Source of the DNA: a virus
Strand: one strand, 5' to 3'
DNA length: 64,000 bases
Virus record (IMG/VR): IMGVR_UViG_3300025087_000641
Coordinates: 1 to 64,000 of that record
A program made the position numbers and the translations under genes. Under the pieces are notes generated by a model that saw nothing but the letters and a program-made list of their open reading frames with translations, did not search any database and was not told where the DNA came from. This document shows, piece after piece, positions 29,643 through 39,046 of this stretch (within the stretch, counting starts at the first letter, position 1; each line of letters starts with the position of its first letter).

Positions 29643-30041
29643 TTACACTTATTATTGCGACTTTCATTTGGTTTGCATGTGGTGTTCTCGCCTATGGCAT
29701 AACTATTGCCCATTTTTCTGGGGCATACACATTCACGGAGCCAAAAGACCATATTGGAATTGCCCTTGTTTCATTTTTATATGGCCCAGTAGGATTGTTA
29801 ATGTCATTTATTCTAAGCGATTTTGCGAAATATGGAATTAGATTTAGATAGGCCCTTCTAAAATGAAGCGCAAGATTGTAGGCGGACTGCTAGTTGGATT
29901 ACCCACACTGATATTCTTGGCATTATTGTATTTGACTGGTGCTTGGATTGGTTTGGCGATAGTTCTTGCTGGACTTGGCGTTGTGTTTTTGATGGCATTC
30001 GCTGTTATACGAGGGCTAGAACTTATCTTTGGGGATTTGTT

Positions 30042-30767
30042 GTGAAAGACATCCAACTCTGGCATGGCGATTGCTTGTCGCTTATGGAAAACATTGAATC
30101 GGGATCGGTAGACCTTGTATTGGCCGATGCCCCATACGCTGTATTGCGTAACAAGCAGGGCATAAAACGCCACAAGGCAAAGGAAATTGAGCGGTATCAG
30201 GAATGGGACGATATGACAATCCCGCAATATTATCGGATGTTGTTGGAGTTTTCCAAGAAGTCATATAGAGTCGGAAGAGAAGGGACAACGCTATATTGCT
30301 TTTGTGCCACAGAGAATGCTTTTCTTCTGAGGACGGCACTGGAGCGTGCTGGGTGGAGATGGTTTATGGTGAATTTCTGGAAGAAGACTAATCCAGCACC
30401 AGTTGTTAGGGGAAAGAGGCCTCAGTCATCTGTAGAGGCATTCGGCATGGCGATCAAAGTAAAGAACAATACATTCAATGCGGAGAACTTTGGCAAGATA
30501 CACAACTGGATTGAATGTGATGATGTTATTGAGACTCCAATTCCAAGCGGCATAACAAGAACTCATCCATCCCAAAAGCCATTGAAACTTATGGAGGAAC
30601 TGATGCGACGCTCTAGTAACGAGGGCGATTTAGTTCTTGACCCCTTCATGGGCAGTGGCGTAACAATGAAAGCATGTCACAACCTGGGCAGGCGAGGAAT
30701 TGGGATAGAGATTCGTCAAGACTATTATGATGTGGCGAAAGCGGATTTGGAGGCCTATTTGCTATGA
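30042..30767 (+). CDS. site-specific DNA methyltransferase (beta class)
   Basis: HGDC, DAPY (variant of DPPY), HPSQKP, VLDPFMGSG; GTG start at 30042. Confidence 0.85.
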   Translation: MKDIQLWHGDCLSLMENIESGSVDLVLADAPYAVLRNKQGIKRHKAKEIERYQEWDDMTIPQYYRMLLEFSKKSYRVGREGTTLYCFCATENAFLLRTALERAGWRWFMVNFWKKTNPAPVVRGKRPQSSVEAFGMAIKVKNNTFNAENFGKIHNWIECDDVIETPIPSGITRTHPSQKPLKLMEELMRRSSNEGDLVLDPFMGSGVTMKACHNLGRRGIGIEIRQDYYDVAKADLEAYLL

Positions 30768-31036
30768 CACGCCTCAAGCCTATGCGGATAAACTCGAATC
30801 AGATTGCAAGACTCGTCAGGCAACCCATCGGAAGTGGATTTCTGGCATACCGATTTGACGAGGAGCGTGTAGAGGTTGCGGAATTTATCGTTTCCGAGTC
30901 TGGAGAACTTCTAAAGCCAGATAAGACGCCACTTGAATATGCGTGCAAAAATGGAGATACAATTCGCTATCGTGTGGTGTCAGAGAAAATACGAGAGGAT
31001 GGCAAGAAGAAAGACAACAATCCGAGTCTATTCTGA
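30764..31036 (+). CDS. hypothetical protein
   Basis: ATGA overlap. Confidence 0.5.
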   Translation: MTRLKPMRINSNQIARLVRQPIGSGFLAYRFDEERVEVAEFIVSESGELLKPDKTPLEYACKNGDTIRYRVVSEKIREDGKKKDNNPSLF

Positions 31037-31195
31037 GCATTGGAGCGTACAGGCGTAACTACGGGCATGAGTGCCACGATAGCCTACTTTGGTGAAAATC
31101 CAGACCCAATGCTATTTTATACAAACTTGGACACGACATAATGGACACAAACTTCGTGCATCTGGCAAGAGAACTAGCAGGAATTGAGGAACAAG

Positions 31196-31431
31196 ATGCC
31201 GAAGCGTAGCCTTGCCAAATTGAACAAGAATAGAAACAGTAAACTCCTCGCCATGTTTGTGTGTCCAATTTGCAAGGCGACCCAGTTGACCATGTTGTTC
31301 CATTATCCAAGAATGGCGCGAATTCTATAGACAACATTCAGTGTTTGTGTTATTCATGTAATTGTTCAAAGAGGGACAAGACAATGGACTTTAGGCCAGA
31401 CTGCGGGAAATTTGCGAAGTCTCTAATATGA
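31196..31431 (+). pseudogene. frameshifted HNH endonuclease remnant
   Basis: CPIC in one frame; VDHVVPLSKNGANSIDNIQCLCYSCNCSK in the -1 frame, ending in ATGA overlap with the GT gene. Confidence 0.6.
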
Positions 31432-32558
31432 ATATCGTGCATGTGTTTAGTGATTCGATGTCCGAATTTAACAGCTCGGGGTGGCGTGGGGTTTGGCCTG
31501 CCCGCGCCCTCGCCCGTGCGGGCCACAATGTCTACATGCCTCTAGTAGACCAATGGTTCCGACACACTGACGAGATTCGCGCGTGGTGTGCAAGGGCAGA
31601 CATCATAATAGTCCAAAGAGTCTTAGTGGAGGAAAGCAGAGACAGGGTTGAATACTGGCATGAAAAGAAGAAACCAATAATTTTGGACTTCGATGACAGT
31701 TACGAAAAATTGCGTCCCGAGGACGGCAATCAGGCCTCGAAATTCTGGTATGATGGCGAGGTAGATGTTCGTCATCAAATGGGTGTAACTTACACAAAAA
31801 AATTAGACATTCACCCATTGGAGCAAGTCAAGATGGCGGCGAAGTTCATCAGTGGATTTTCAATGCCGTCAAAAATACTTGCTGAGGACTGGCAGTGGTT
31901 GGCTCCCTGCTACTACATTCCCAATTTCATAGACTCTCCCCGCTATCTCTCTGCGAAGAAAACGAAAGTCTGGAAGAGCACTGGCGACGAACTGGTAATT
32001 GGTTGGGGCGGGAGTCTAAGCCACTTGAACAGTTTTAAGTTTAGTGGTATCCTTGACGCTCTAACCAGAGTGTTCAAACAGCGCAAGAATGTGAAGTTTC
32101 TTCTGGCGGGCGATGAGAGGATTATGCCACTGTTGAAACTTCCAAGAGACAGAATAATTTTTCAACAGTATGTGATGTGGAGTGACTGGCCGAAAGTAAT
32201 GGCGAAGATGGATATTGTGGTTGCGCCACTGTTCAATCGCTATGACCACAGCCGTTCTGGAATCAAGTTGATGGAATCTGCGGTGATGGGTTTGCCAGTG
32301 GTGGCAACTGGGTGTCCGACTTATGAAGATTGGATGAACAAAAATATTGGCCTCTATATAAATGATGGGCCAAAAGAAGAGATGAAAGACAGGTCTGAAT
32401 TGTGGGAACAGAAGTTACTCGATGTGATTGACCACTATTCAGAATACCGAGACGAGATGGCAAGCCACATAGATTACGCCATGAGTTGGGACGTGGATGC
32501 CAATGTAAAGTATATTGAGAGTGTTTACAAGGAGGTCATAGAGAAAAATGACAGATAA
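31428..32558 (+). CDS. GT4-like glycosyltransferase
   Basis: IVQR, DFDD, IPNFID, IGWGGS, DIVVAPL...SGIKLMESAVMGLPVVA. Confidence 0.85.
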   Translation: MNIVHVFSDSMSEFNSSGWRGVWPARALARAGHNVYMPLVDQWFRHTDEIRAWCARADIIIVQRVLVEESRDRVEYWHEKKKPIILDFDDSYEKLRPEDGNQASKFWYDGEVDVRHQMGVTYTKKLDIHPLEQVKMAAKFISGFSMPSKILAEDWQWLAPCYYIPNFIDSPRYLSAKKTKVWKSTGDELVIGWGGSLSHLNSFKFSGILDALTRVFKQRKNVKFLLAGDERIMPLLKLPRDRIIFQQYVMWSDWPKVMAKMDIVVAPLFNRYDHSRSGIKLMESAVMGLPVVATGCPTYEDWMNKNIGLYINDGPKEEMKDRSELWEQKLLDVIDHYSEYRDEMASHIDYAMSWDVDANVKYIESVYKEVIEKNDR

Positions 32559-33017
32559 ATGCAGTCATCCTAATAAGCAATACGTTGACAAGTCTGGATG
32601 GATTGTTGGACATGGATTATGTTTGGAGTGGGCTTGTCCAAACTGCGGGATACACGGATTCAAAGAGATCGAGCCTCGAAACAAGCGCGACCAAGCCATT
32701 TATGATGCCAATGCCAATCTTGCATCTCTAGCATTTGCATCTCTAGCATCGAGCATATCGTTTTTTATGGGGGACGATTATCAAGATGACTGACGAACCG
32801 AAGAAAGAACTTCCCCCCAGTGACCAACCGTGGGGCGAAGACTTCACCACAGTTCAAGAATACATGGCGAATGTGGCGAGGATTGTGTTTGAGTATTACA
32901 ATGGTCTGTGCGAGGCTGGATTGGACAAGCCAGAGGCTTTAGCAATGGCACAGTTGTTCCAACTCCAATATTGGGCGATAATTCTGAATATCATCTATCA
33001 CGGAAAGAGTAAGACAA

Positions 33018-33464
33018 GTGACTGATTTGACAGGCGAACAGATTGACGCCATGCCTGCTGGACACGAGATGGATGTACTTGTGGCAGAGCATGTGATGGA
33101 GTGGGAACGTCTTGATTCTTGGATGGGAAGTCCTCTTGCTAAAGGATGGGATGGTTTTTGGGATGGTGAGTGGGTGAAATGGATTATAATGCCAGAATCG
33201 GACGATGAGAACAGGGCTAAATTGTGGTCTCCAAGTACAGATATTGTTGCGGCATGGCAGGTGGTGGAGAAACTTGTCGAAAACTGTGATGGAAGAGACT
33301 TCTTTATAGAATGTTGGGGTGATGGTGAATGGTTTGTTGCGTTCCATCCGATTGGATATAGTTCAAGAAAACCACAGGGTGCGTGCGATGGCAAGAAAAC
33401 CCAGAATCCATCCGCACCCTTGGCGATTTGTCGCGCCGCATTGAATTGGGCAATTGATGACTGA
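33018..33464 (+). CDS. phage ABA-sandwich-domain-like protein
   Basis: EMDVLVAEHVMEW...SPSTDIVAAWQVVEKL...APLAICRAAL. Confidence 0.7.
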   Translation: MTDLTGEQIDAMPAGHEMDVLVAEHVMEWERLDSWMGSPLAKGWDGFWDGEWVKWIIMPESDDENRAKLWSPSTDIVAAWQVVEKLVENCDGRDFFIECWGDGEWFVAFHPIGYSSRKPQGACDGKKTQNPSAPLAICRAALNWAIDD

Positions 33465-34470
33465 TAATCTAGTATCCATGCAAAACATCTTCTGGCGTGG
33501 TGCTTCTGTCGCCATCACTGGCATTACTGGAAGCCTCGGAACTGCGCTATCCAAAGAACTATTGAAACCAGAGTACAATATTTCTCGTCTTGTTGGGATA
33601 AGTCGAAAGTGGCAAGACCAAGACAGACTCCGCAAGGAATTGGGGGATGACGATAAACTCAGATTATTCATTGGCGACATTCGAGACATTGACAGACTTA
33701 GACTTGCACTAGACGGGGTTGAATATCTTGTCCATGCAGCAGCTATAAAATCAGTTCCCGCCTGCTGGTATAATCCCACAGAGGCCGTAAGCATAAACGG
33801 ACAGGGAACTATCAATGTTCTGCAAGCGTCTAGGGATGCTGGGGTCAAACGGGTAATTGTCATCTCTAGTGATAAGGCAGTAGCACCCGCCAGTGGCAAC
33901 CTCTACGGCGCAACAAAAGCAGTATGCGAGTCTGTGGCGGTATCGTATAACAACTATAGCGCCAGTCGTCAGACTCGGTATGCGGTTTGTCGCTATGGAA
34001 ATTGTGTAGCGTCAAGTGGATCAGTTATCCCATTGTTCCTAAGCCAAAAAGAAAGCGGGAAATTGACCATTACTCATCCAAAGATGACAAGATTCTGGAT
34101 TACGCTAGATGAGGCAACACATTTCATCCTGAAAAGTATGGAGTCAATGCTCGGTGGCGAAATCTTTGTACCCCACCTCCCATCCTCTCGGATAACTACG
34201 TTGGCATCTATGATAGCGCCTGAGGCAGAGATTGAGACAATCGGTATTCGTCCCGGCGAGAAGTTGCACGAGGTTATGCTAACACCAGATGAAGCACCAC
34301 GGACTAAAGATTTGGGATGGGCATACAGAGTCGAGCCACAAGAAAGGACATGGGGAGGCTTGCCGTATATTGGGGGTAGTCCAGTTCCGGCAGATTGGAT
34401 TTACAGCAGTGCAAGTGCTACGCGACTTGGCGAGGATGAGTTGCGCGGGATGTTGTCCGAATTTGTATAA
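33454..34470 (+). CDS. pseB: UDP-N-acetylglucosamine 4,6-dehydratase (PseB/FlaA1-like)
   Basis: TGITGSLG, FIGDIRD, HAAAIKSVP...YNP, SSDKA, YGATK, RYGN...SGSVIP, MTRFWI, GIRPGEKLHE. Confidence 0.85.
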   Translation: MMTDNLVSMQNIFWRGASVAITGITGSLGTALSKELLKPEYNISRLVGISRKWQDQDRLRKELGDDDKLRLFIGDIRDIDRLRLALDGVEYLVHAAAIKSVPACWYNPTEAVSINGQGTINVLQASRDAGVKRVIVISSDKAVAPASGNLYGATKAVCESVAVSYNNYSASRQTRYAVCRYGNCVASSGSVIPLFLSQKESGKLTITHPKMTRFWITLDEATHFILKSMESMLGGEIFVPHLPSSRITTLASMIAPEAEIETIGIRPGEKLHEVMLTPDEAPRTKDLGWAYRVEPQERTWGGLPYIGGSPVPADWIYSSASATRLGEDELRGMLSEFV

Positions 34471-34494
34471 TCCAATGTAAAAGAGAGGATACAA

Positions 34495-35301
34495 ATGGGA
34501 TATACAACGGGTGTTCAATGGACAAATCGGACTCACAATTTCTGGTATGGGTGCAAAAAGGTATCTGCGGGATGTAAGTTCTGTTATGCAGAACGCGATA
34601 TGGAGCGGTATGGACGCAATTTCAATACTGTGACTAGGGCAAAGGGATTTTATACGCCACTAAATTGGAAAGAGCCAGCACTTGTATTTGTGAATTCATG
34701 GTCAGACTTCTTTATTGAGGAAGCCGACGAATGGCGCAGTGATGCTTGGGATGTTATCTGGAAGACCCCGCATTTGACTTATCAGATACTTACCAAGCGT
34801 CCAGAGAATATCAAAGATAGACTCCCCGCCAATTGGGGATGGGGATGGGATAATGTTTGGTTGGGGGTAAGTGCAGAGAATCAGGCAATGGCAGACAAGC
34901 GCATACCAATTCTATTGTCCATTCCGTCAAGTATTCGTTTTGTAAGTGCAGAGCCGTTACTCGGAAAGATTGATCTTGGACTGTGGTGTATGGATTGCGA
35001 TGATTATATGCGTATTCATCGCGCGGAGGGCGAGCATCTAACCGATGCGGGAGATGGATTACACTGGATAATTGCCGGTGGAGAGAGTGGTCATACTCCG
35101 CGCCCATCTGATATTGATTGGTTTCGTTCTATTCGCGACCAATGCCTCTCCGCAAATATTCCGTTCTTCTTCAAACAGGTGGGCGGAAGCAAGAAAGTCA
35201 ATGGCGCATGGGGTGGGGACTTGCTTGACGGCAAAATATGGCACGAGTTTCCACAGACAAGCAAGCAGACAGAATCACAGCCAGAATTGATTAGGAGTTG
35301 A
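34495..35301 (+). CDS. DUF5131 / phage Gp37-Gp68 family protein
   Basis: GCKKVSAGCKFCYA, FVNSWSDFF, YQILTKRP, RFVSAEPLL, WIIAGGESG, FFKQ. Confidence 0.9.
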   Translation: MGYTTGVQWTNRTHNFWYGCKKVSAGCKFCYAERDMERYGRNFNTVTRAKGFYTPLNWKEPALVFVNSWSDFFIEEADEWRSDAWDVIWKTPHLTYQILTKRPENIKDRLPANWGWGWDNVWLGVSAENQAMADKRIPILLSIPSSIRFVSAEPLLGKIDLGLWCMDCDDYMRIHRAEGEHLTDAGDGLHWIIAGGESGHTPRPSDIDWFRSIRDQCLSANIPFFFKQVGGSKKVNGAWGGDLLDGKIWHEFPQTSKQTESQPELIRS

Positions 35302-35549
35302 CATGGCCTACTTCTTGGCATTACCCAATGGTGACGAATACACGATAGCATCGGGATCGTTTTCTGTGCGCTCAAATGCGGAGAAGTATGCAAAGAGAAT
35401 GGGATGGACTAAATATTTCATCGCCACTTCCGAACAAAAGGCAATGATAGAGAGCGGTCAACTGGTCTCATTCGGAACTGTTATTCCCATTGAGAATGTT
35501 ACCGCGCTAGTTGAGCCGGAAAAAGAATCCAAGAACAAACGCAAGCGCC

Positions 35550-36050
35550 ATGTCTCCCGCTGAATTCTTTCTCAACCTCTCCGCCAATATAGCAGGGGAG
35601 ATAGCCTTTGCCATACTTGCAGTTGTGGCGGGACTCGTTGCGTTTCGCTATCGCAAGGCCGCCTCTGTATATCGTGCGCTAGTATCTCAAATGTGGGTAG
35701 GAAGAAAGACAACCTCACCAGACGGTAGAAGTACAGCACACGAGGCCAATGGTGAAATATATATTACCGAGAAGTCTGGTAGAATAACAAATCTGACTCA
35801 TCATCCAGCACTAGATATTCGCCCAATGTTTTCTCCCGATGGACGATGGTTGGCATTCCAAAGCAATAGGGATGGTGGGGATTGGAATGTCTATGTGGTG
35901 GATATTGCATCCCAGAAAACGGTTCAGATTACAAAAATCAAAGGAACAGAGAGAGCAATTGGATGGGACATGACGGGGCAGTTGTATGTAGACCTCGGGG
36001 GCAGCCTGCTTGTCGTCAAGTCTATTGAGTTGGAGAACAAATTGAAATGA
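35550..36050 (+). CDS. membrane-anchored protein with PD40/TolB-like repeats
   Basis: N-terminal TM helix; PMFSPDGRWLAFQSNRDG. Confidence 0.7.
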   Translation: MSPAEFFLNLSANIAGEIAFAILAVVAGLVAFRYRKAASVYRALVSQMWVGRKTTSPDGRSTAHEANGEIYITEKSGRITNLTHHPALDIRPMFSPDGRWLAFQSNRDGGDWNVYVVDIASQKTVQITKIKGTERAIGWDMTGQLYVDLGGSLLVVKSIELENKLK

Positions 36051-36511
36051 GCAATATTGTATATGAATGGATTATGGACAGAGACGGAAATGTTGTGGTT
36101 GGGGAACACATCTTGTCACAAGAGGAAGTAGTCGCCATATTCAGTGGTGGAAGTAGTACTAACACGACCTCAAATGGTGGAATGTTGACATGGACTATTC
36201 CCAACGCAAACAATAGTAATCAGTCAACTCCCACAGTCAAGGTTGCCCTCTATCGGCGTAGCACCCATGATGGGAAGGGGAACTACAAGCAATTCACGCC
36301 TACGCAAGAACAACTCTGGAAAGACCTTGCAGTAGTTGCGACGATGACGAGTGCACTGGCATGGAAATCTGTAGATGAGATTTTCAGAGACGCCACGGAC
36401 TATCGGAACAGAATGATAGGTGGCAAAAAGGAATACATCTCTAGGGACTTTGTTGAACAGTCATTAGAAATACTTTGCAATAATGGATTGATCGAGAAAA
36501 ACGATGCCTAA
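36047..36511 (+). CDS. hypothetical protein
   Basis: ATGA overlap. Confidence 0.55.
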   Translation: MSNIVYEWIMDRDGNVVVGEHILSQEEVVAIFSGGSSTNTTSNGGMLTWTIPNANNSNQSTPTVKVALYRRSTHDGKGNYKQFTPTQEQLWKDLAVVATMTSALAWKSVDEIFRDATDYRNRMIGGKKEYISRDFVEQSLEILCNNGLIEKNDA

Positions 36512-37214
36512 TTGTGTGGCGGTTATTCCCGTTCGGGGAAACAGCAAGGGTATTCCAAGAAAGAATCTAATTGACTTGGGCGGCAAGCCTCTATTCATGT
36601 GGACAGTTGGGGCGGCAATAGAGTCTGGCGTATTTGACAAGATTGTAGTGAGCACAGAAGATGATGAAATCATAAGTTATTGTGACAACGGGAAAGTGGA
36701 TGTAATTTTTCGCCCGCGCTATCTTTCACAAGATCATGTTCAATTGAGTGAGGTTGTGTTACATGCCTATCGGGTTATGGAGCAAGAGTGGGGATGGAAT
36801 CCAACAACGCTATGCTTGTTACAGGCGACCTCGCCACTAAGGACGGCGGGCCATATCATCAATGCCATGCGACAATATAGGGGGCGAGGGACTCTATTCT
36901 CAGCATACATTGACAAACGGTATCACTGGGCGGTGGAGGATAGAGTCGAACCAATACAGCATAATCCTGCTAGACGACTTGGCAGGCAATGGGAGCCAAG
37001 TCAAATTTATACCGAGAACGGGGCGATTTATTTCTTTCCAGCAAAACGATTTAGCCTAGAATGCACAATTAGACTAGAACCATTTGATGTCTATATTATG
37101 GACGAGGAAGATGGATTTGAAATTGATACCCCTTGGCAACTTGATATAGCAAGGCTTAGACTAGAGAAATATGGTCTGCATTTCCCGGAACTTGCGCCAC
37201 AATTAGGCCCTTGA
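36504..37214 (+). CDS. acylneuraminate cytidylyltransferase (NeuA/PseF family)
   Basis: IPVRGNSKGIPRKN, VSTEDDEI, LQATSPLR, ENGAIY, EIDTPWQ. Confidence 0.92.
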   Translation: MPNCVAVIPVRGNSKGIPRKNLIDLGGKPLFMWTVGAAIESGVFDKIVVSTEDDEIISYCDNGKVDVIFRPRYLSQDHVQLSEVVLHAYRVMEQEWGWNPTTLCLLQATSPLRTAGHIINAMRQYRGRGTLFSAYIDKRYHWAVEDRVEPIQHNPARRLGRQWEPSQIYTENGAIYFFPAKRFSLECTIRLEPFDVYIMDEEDGFEIDTPWQLDIARLRLEKYGLHFPELAPQLGP

Positions 37215-37239
37215 CTTTTACATAAAGATATATTATATT
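37211..37239 (+). promoter_or_regulatory. sigma70 promoter for leaderless tnpB
   Basis: TTGACT-N17-TATATT overlapping the upstream stop codon; ATG 7 nt after the -10 box. Confidence 0.75.
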
Positions 37240-37246
37240 GTAAGGC

Positions 37247-38431
37247 ATGATTATCAATAAATCATTTAAGTTCAGAGTTTATCCAACGAGAGAACAGAAA
37301 AAAGAACTCGTCAGGCAATTTGACGCATCACGTTTTGTATATAATTATTTTCTTCGCCAAAGAATTGATTTCTATGTTGCCCACAGGGGGGAGAAAAAAC
37401 AATCCCTGAATTATAATGATACTTCTGCATTGCTTACTCAACTTAAAAAACAGCCTGAATATAATTGGCTTAGGGATACAAATGCCCAATCTCTTCAACA
37501 GTCCTTACGCAATCTTGATATTGCCTATAATAATTTTTTCAATAAACGGACTGAATTTCCGAGATTCAAAAGTAAAAGGGCAAAGCAATCCTTCCATGTC
37601 CCACAATCTTTTTCGGTAAATGTTGAAAATGAACATTTAATTATCCCCAAAATAACACCACTAAAAATTGTTCTGCACCGCCATATTGAGGGGAAAATGA
37701 AGGGCGTTACCATTTCCCGCTCTCCGTCTGGCAATTATTTTGCCTCTATTCTATGTGAAGTTGAAATTAATCCGAGTCCAAAAAGTCTAGGGCACACTAT
37801 TGGATTAGACTTGGGATTGAAACATTTTGCCATTTCATCGGATGGGGCAAAAATAGATTCTCCAAGATATTTTAGGGTATCCGAGCGTAGGCTTTCACGT
37901 TTTCAGCGTAACCTTTCAAGAAAGAAAAACGGAAGTCGGGGACAAGAAAAGGCAAGATTGAAAGTAGCACGTCAGCACGAAAAGATTGTAAATCAACGCA
38001 TTGACTTCCTTCATAAATTAAGTCGTCGCTTAGTAGACGAGAGCCAAGCTATCTATGTTGAGGACTTAAATGTGAAGGGCATGATAAAGAATCGCGCCCT
38101 TGCAAAATCTATCGGCGATTCTGGGTGGGGAGAATTTGTGCGCTGGTTAGAATACAAGGGCAGATGGAATGGTTGTTATATTGGGAAAATTGATAGATTC
38201 TTTCCATCAAGCAAGCGGTGTCACAAATGCGGCTACATCTACCAGGATTTGCGACTCTCGGAACGTGAATGGACTTGCCCAGAATGCGGGAACACAGTAG
38301 ACCGTGATGAGAACGCTGCCCAGAATATTCTTATTTTTGGGGAAGAACGTAGGGCTGGGATGGCCCGAACGCATACGCGAGGGAAGATTCGTCGCCGAAT
38401 CGCTGATCCTCGAAGTCGCATGATTCTATAA
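37247..38431 (+). CDS. tnpB: IS200/IS605-family RNA-guided endonuclease TnpB
   Basis: N-terminal FKFRVYPT; RuvC-I GLDLG, RuvC-II VEDL, Zn finger CHKC/CPEC, RuvC-III DRDENAA all intact; AT-richer than flanks. Confidence 0.95.
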   Translation: MIINKSFKFRVYPTREQKKELVRQFDASRFVYNYFLRQRIDFYVAHRGEKKQSLNYNDTSALLTQLKKQPEYNWLRDTNAQSLQQSLRNLDIAYNNFFNKRTEFPRFKSKRAKQSFHVPQSFSVNVENEHLIIPKITPLKIVLHRHIEGKMKGVTISRSPSGNYFASILCEVEINPSPKSLGHTIGLDLGLKHFAISSDGAKIDSPRYFRVSERRLSRFQRNLSRKKNGSRGQEKARLKVARQHEKIVNQRIDFLHKLSRRLVDESQAIYVEDLNVKGMIKNRALAKSIGDSGWGEFVRWLEYKGRWNGCYIGKIDRFFPSSKRCHKCGYIYQDLRLSEREWTCPECGNTVDRDENAAQNILIFGEERRAGMARTHTRGKIRRRIADPRSRMIL

Positions 38432-38464
38432 TGCGACAATTCACATTATGCCAGAAGAGGATGG
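38330..38464 (+). ncRNA. TnpB omegaRNA (scaffold from right end plus about 16-20 nt guide ATTATGCCAGAAGAGGATGG)
   Basis: Established TnpB biology: omegaRNA spans the tnpB 3' end and right end, and the guide is the flank after TCAC; 5' boundary approximate. Confidence 0.65.
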
Positions 38465-38561
38465 GCGGGAGATAGACGCTCAATGGGAGCTTGATGTGGC
38501 GAGGTTGAGATTTGAGAAGTACGGGTTACATCATCCAGACACAACGCCCATTTTGGAATAA
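38445..38561 (+). pseudogene. displaced 3' end of cytidylyltransferase gene
   Basis: IMPEEDGREIDAQWELDVARLRFEKYGLHHPDTTPILE* is 25/38 identical to the C-terminus encoded at 37095-37214. Confidence 0.9.
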
Positions 38562-38563
38562 CA

Positions 38564-39046
38564 ATGCTAACACTTTCGCCAATAACGCTAAAAGAAACGG
38601 AGAGGATTTGGCAACTCAGAAACGATGTTGCCACGAGGCGCGAGTTTGGGATACCTGTAATCTCATATGCTCAGTGCCTAGATTGGGTGGCGACTGTCAC
38701 CGACAGAAAGACTCCCGAATATGTGTTCCTCGTCAGAGATGCCAAGATGGGGAATATCGGTCTTATCATTCTGGAGAAACACGGCGCAGAAATTGAGATT
38801 CATGTTACAATAGACCCTGCCCATCGAGTACGCAGGGGATATGGCAAACAGGCGATAAAACTAGCAACCGACTGGGCATTTATGAATGGCGCAGACAGGG
38901 TAGTTGCCAACATCCGAGAAGAAAATTACAAAGGACTCTTTGCATTTGAGTCCTCTGGGTACAAAGAAGTCAGAAACTATCTTGGGCCGAGGAATATATC
39001 ATACTTTGAATACGAGATAAGAAATGACCAGAAGAAGAAATACTAA
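38564..39046 (+). CDS. GNAT N-acetyltransferase (PseH-like)
   Basis: IWQLRND, RGYGK, NIREEN...FESSGY; located among pse-like genes. Confidence 0.75.
   Translation: MLTLSPITLKETERIWQLRNDVATRREFGIPVISYAQCLDWVATVTDRKTPEYVFLVRDAKMGNIGLIILEKHGAEIEIHVTIDPAHRVRRGYGKQAIKLATDWAFMNGADRVVANIREENYKGLFAFESSGYKEVRNYLGPRNISYFEYEIRNDQKKKY

Larger units (their letters stand above)
37095..38444 (+). mobile_element. non-autonomous TnpB cassette with replacement 3' end of the cytidylyltransferase gene
   Basis: Right end GAAG-GTCGCAT/ATGCGAC hairpin-AATTCAC ending 38444; no tnpA or left-end hairpin; 37095-37214 is paralogous to 38445-38561; left boundary is inferred. Confidence 0.7.

Noticed and set aside
32720-32749. 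15-bp tandem duplication TTGCATCTCTAGCAT
   Set aside because: In-frame local duplication in a small hypothetical gene with no wider pattern
37247-38431. Nuclease-dead TldR repressor or Cas12f with CRISPR array
   Set aside because: All three RuvC acidic residues are present and no repeat-spacer array is adjacent
37214-38444. IStron (group I intron plus TnpB) or complete IS605 element
   Set aside because: Only 32 bp separate the upstream stop codon from tnpB, leaving no room for an intron core, tnpA or a left-end hairpin
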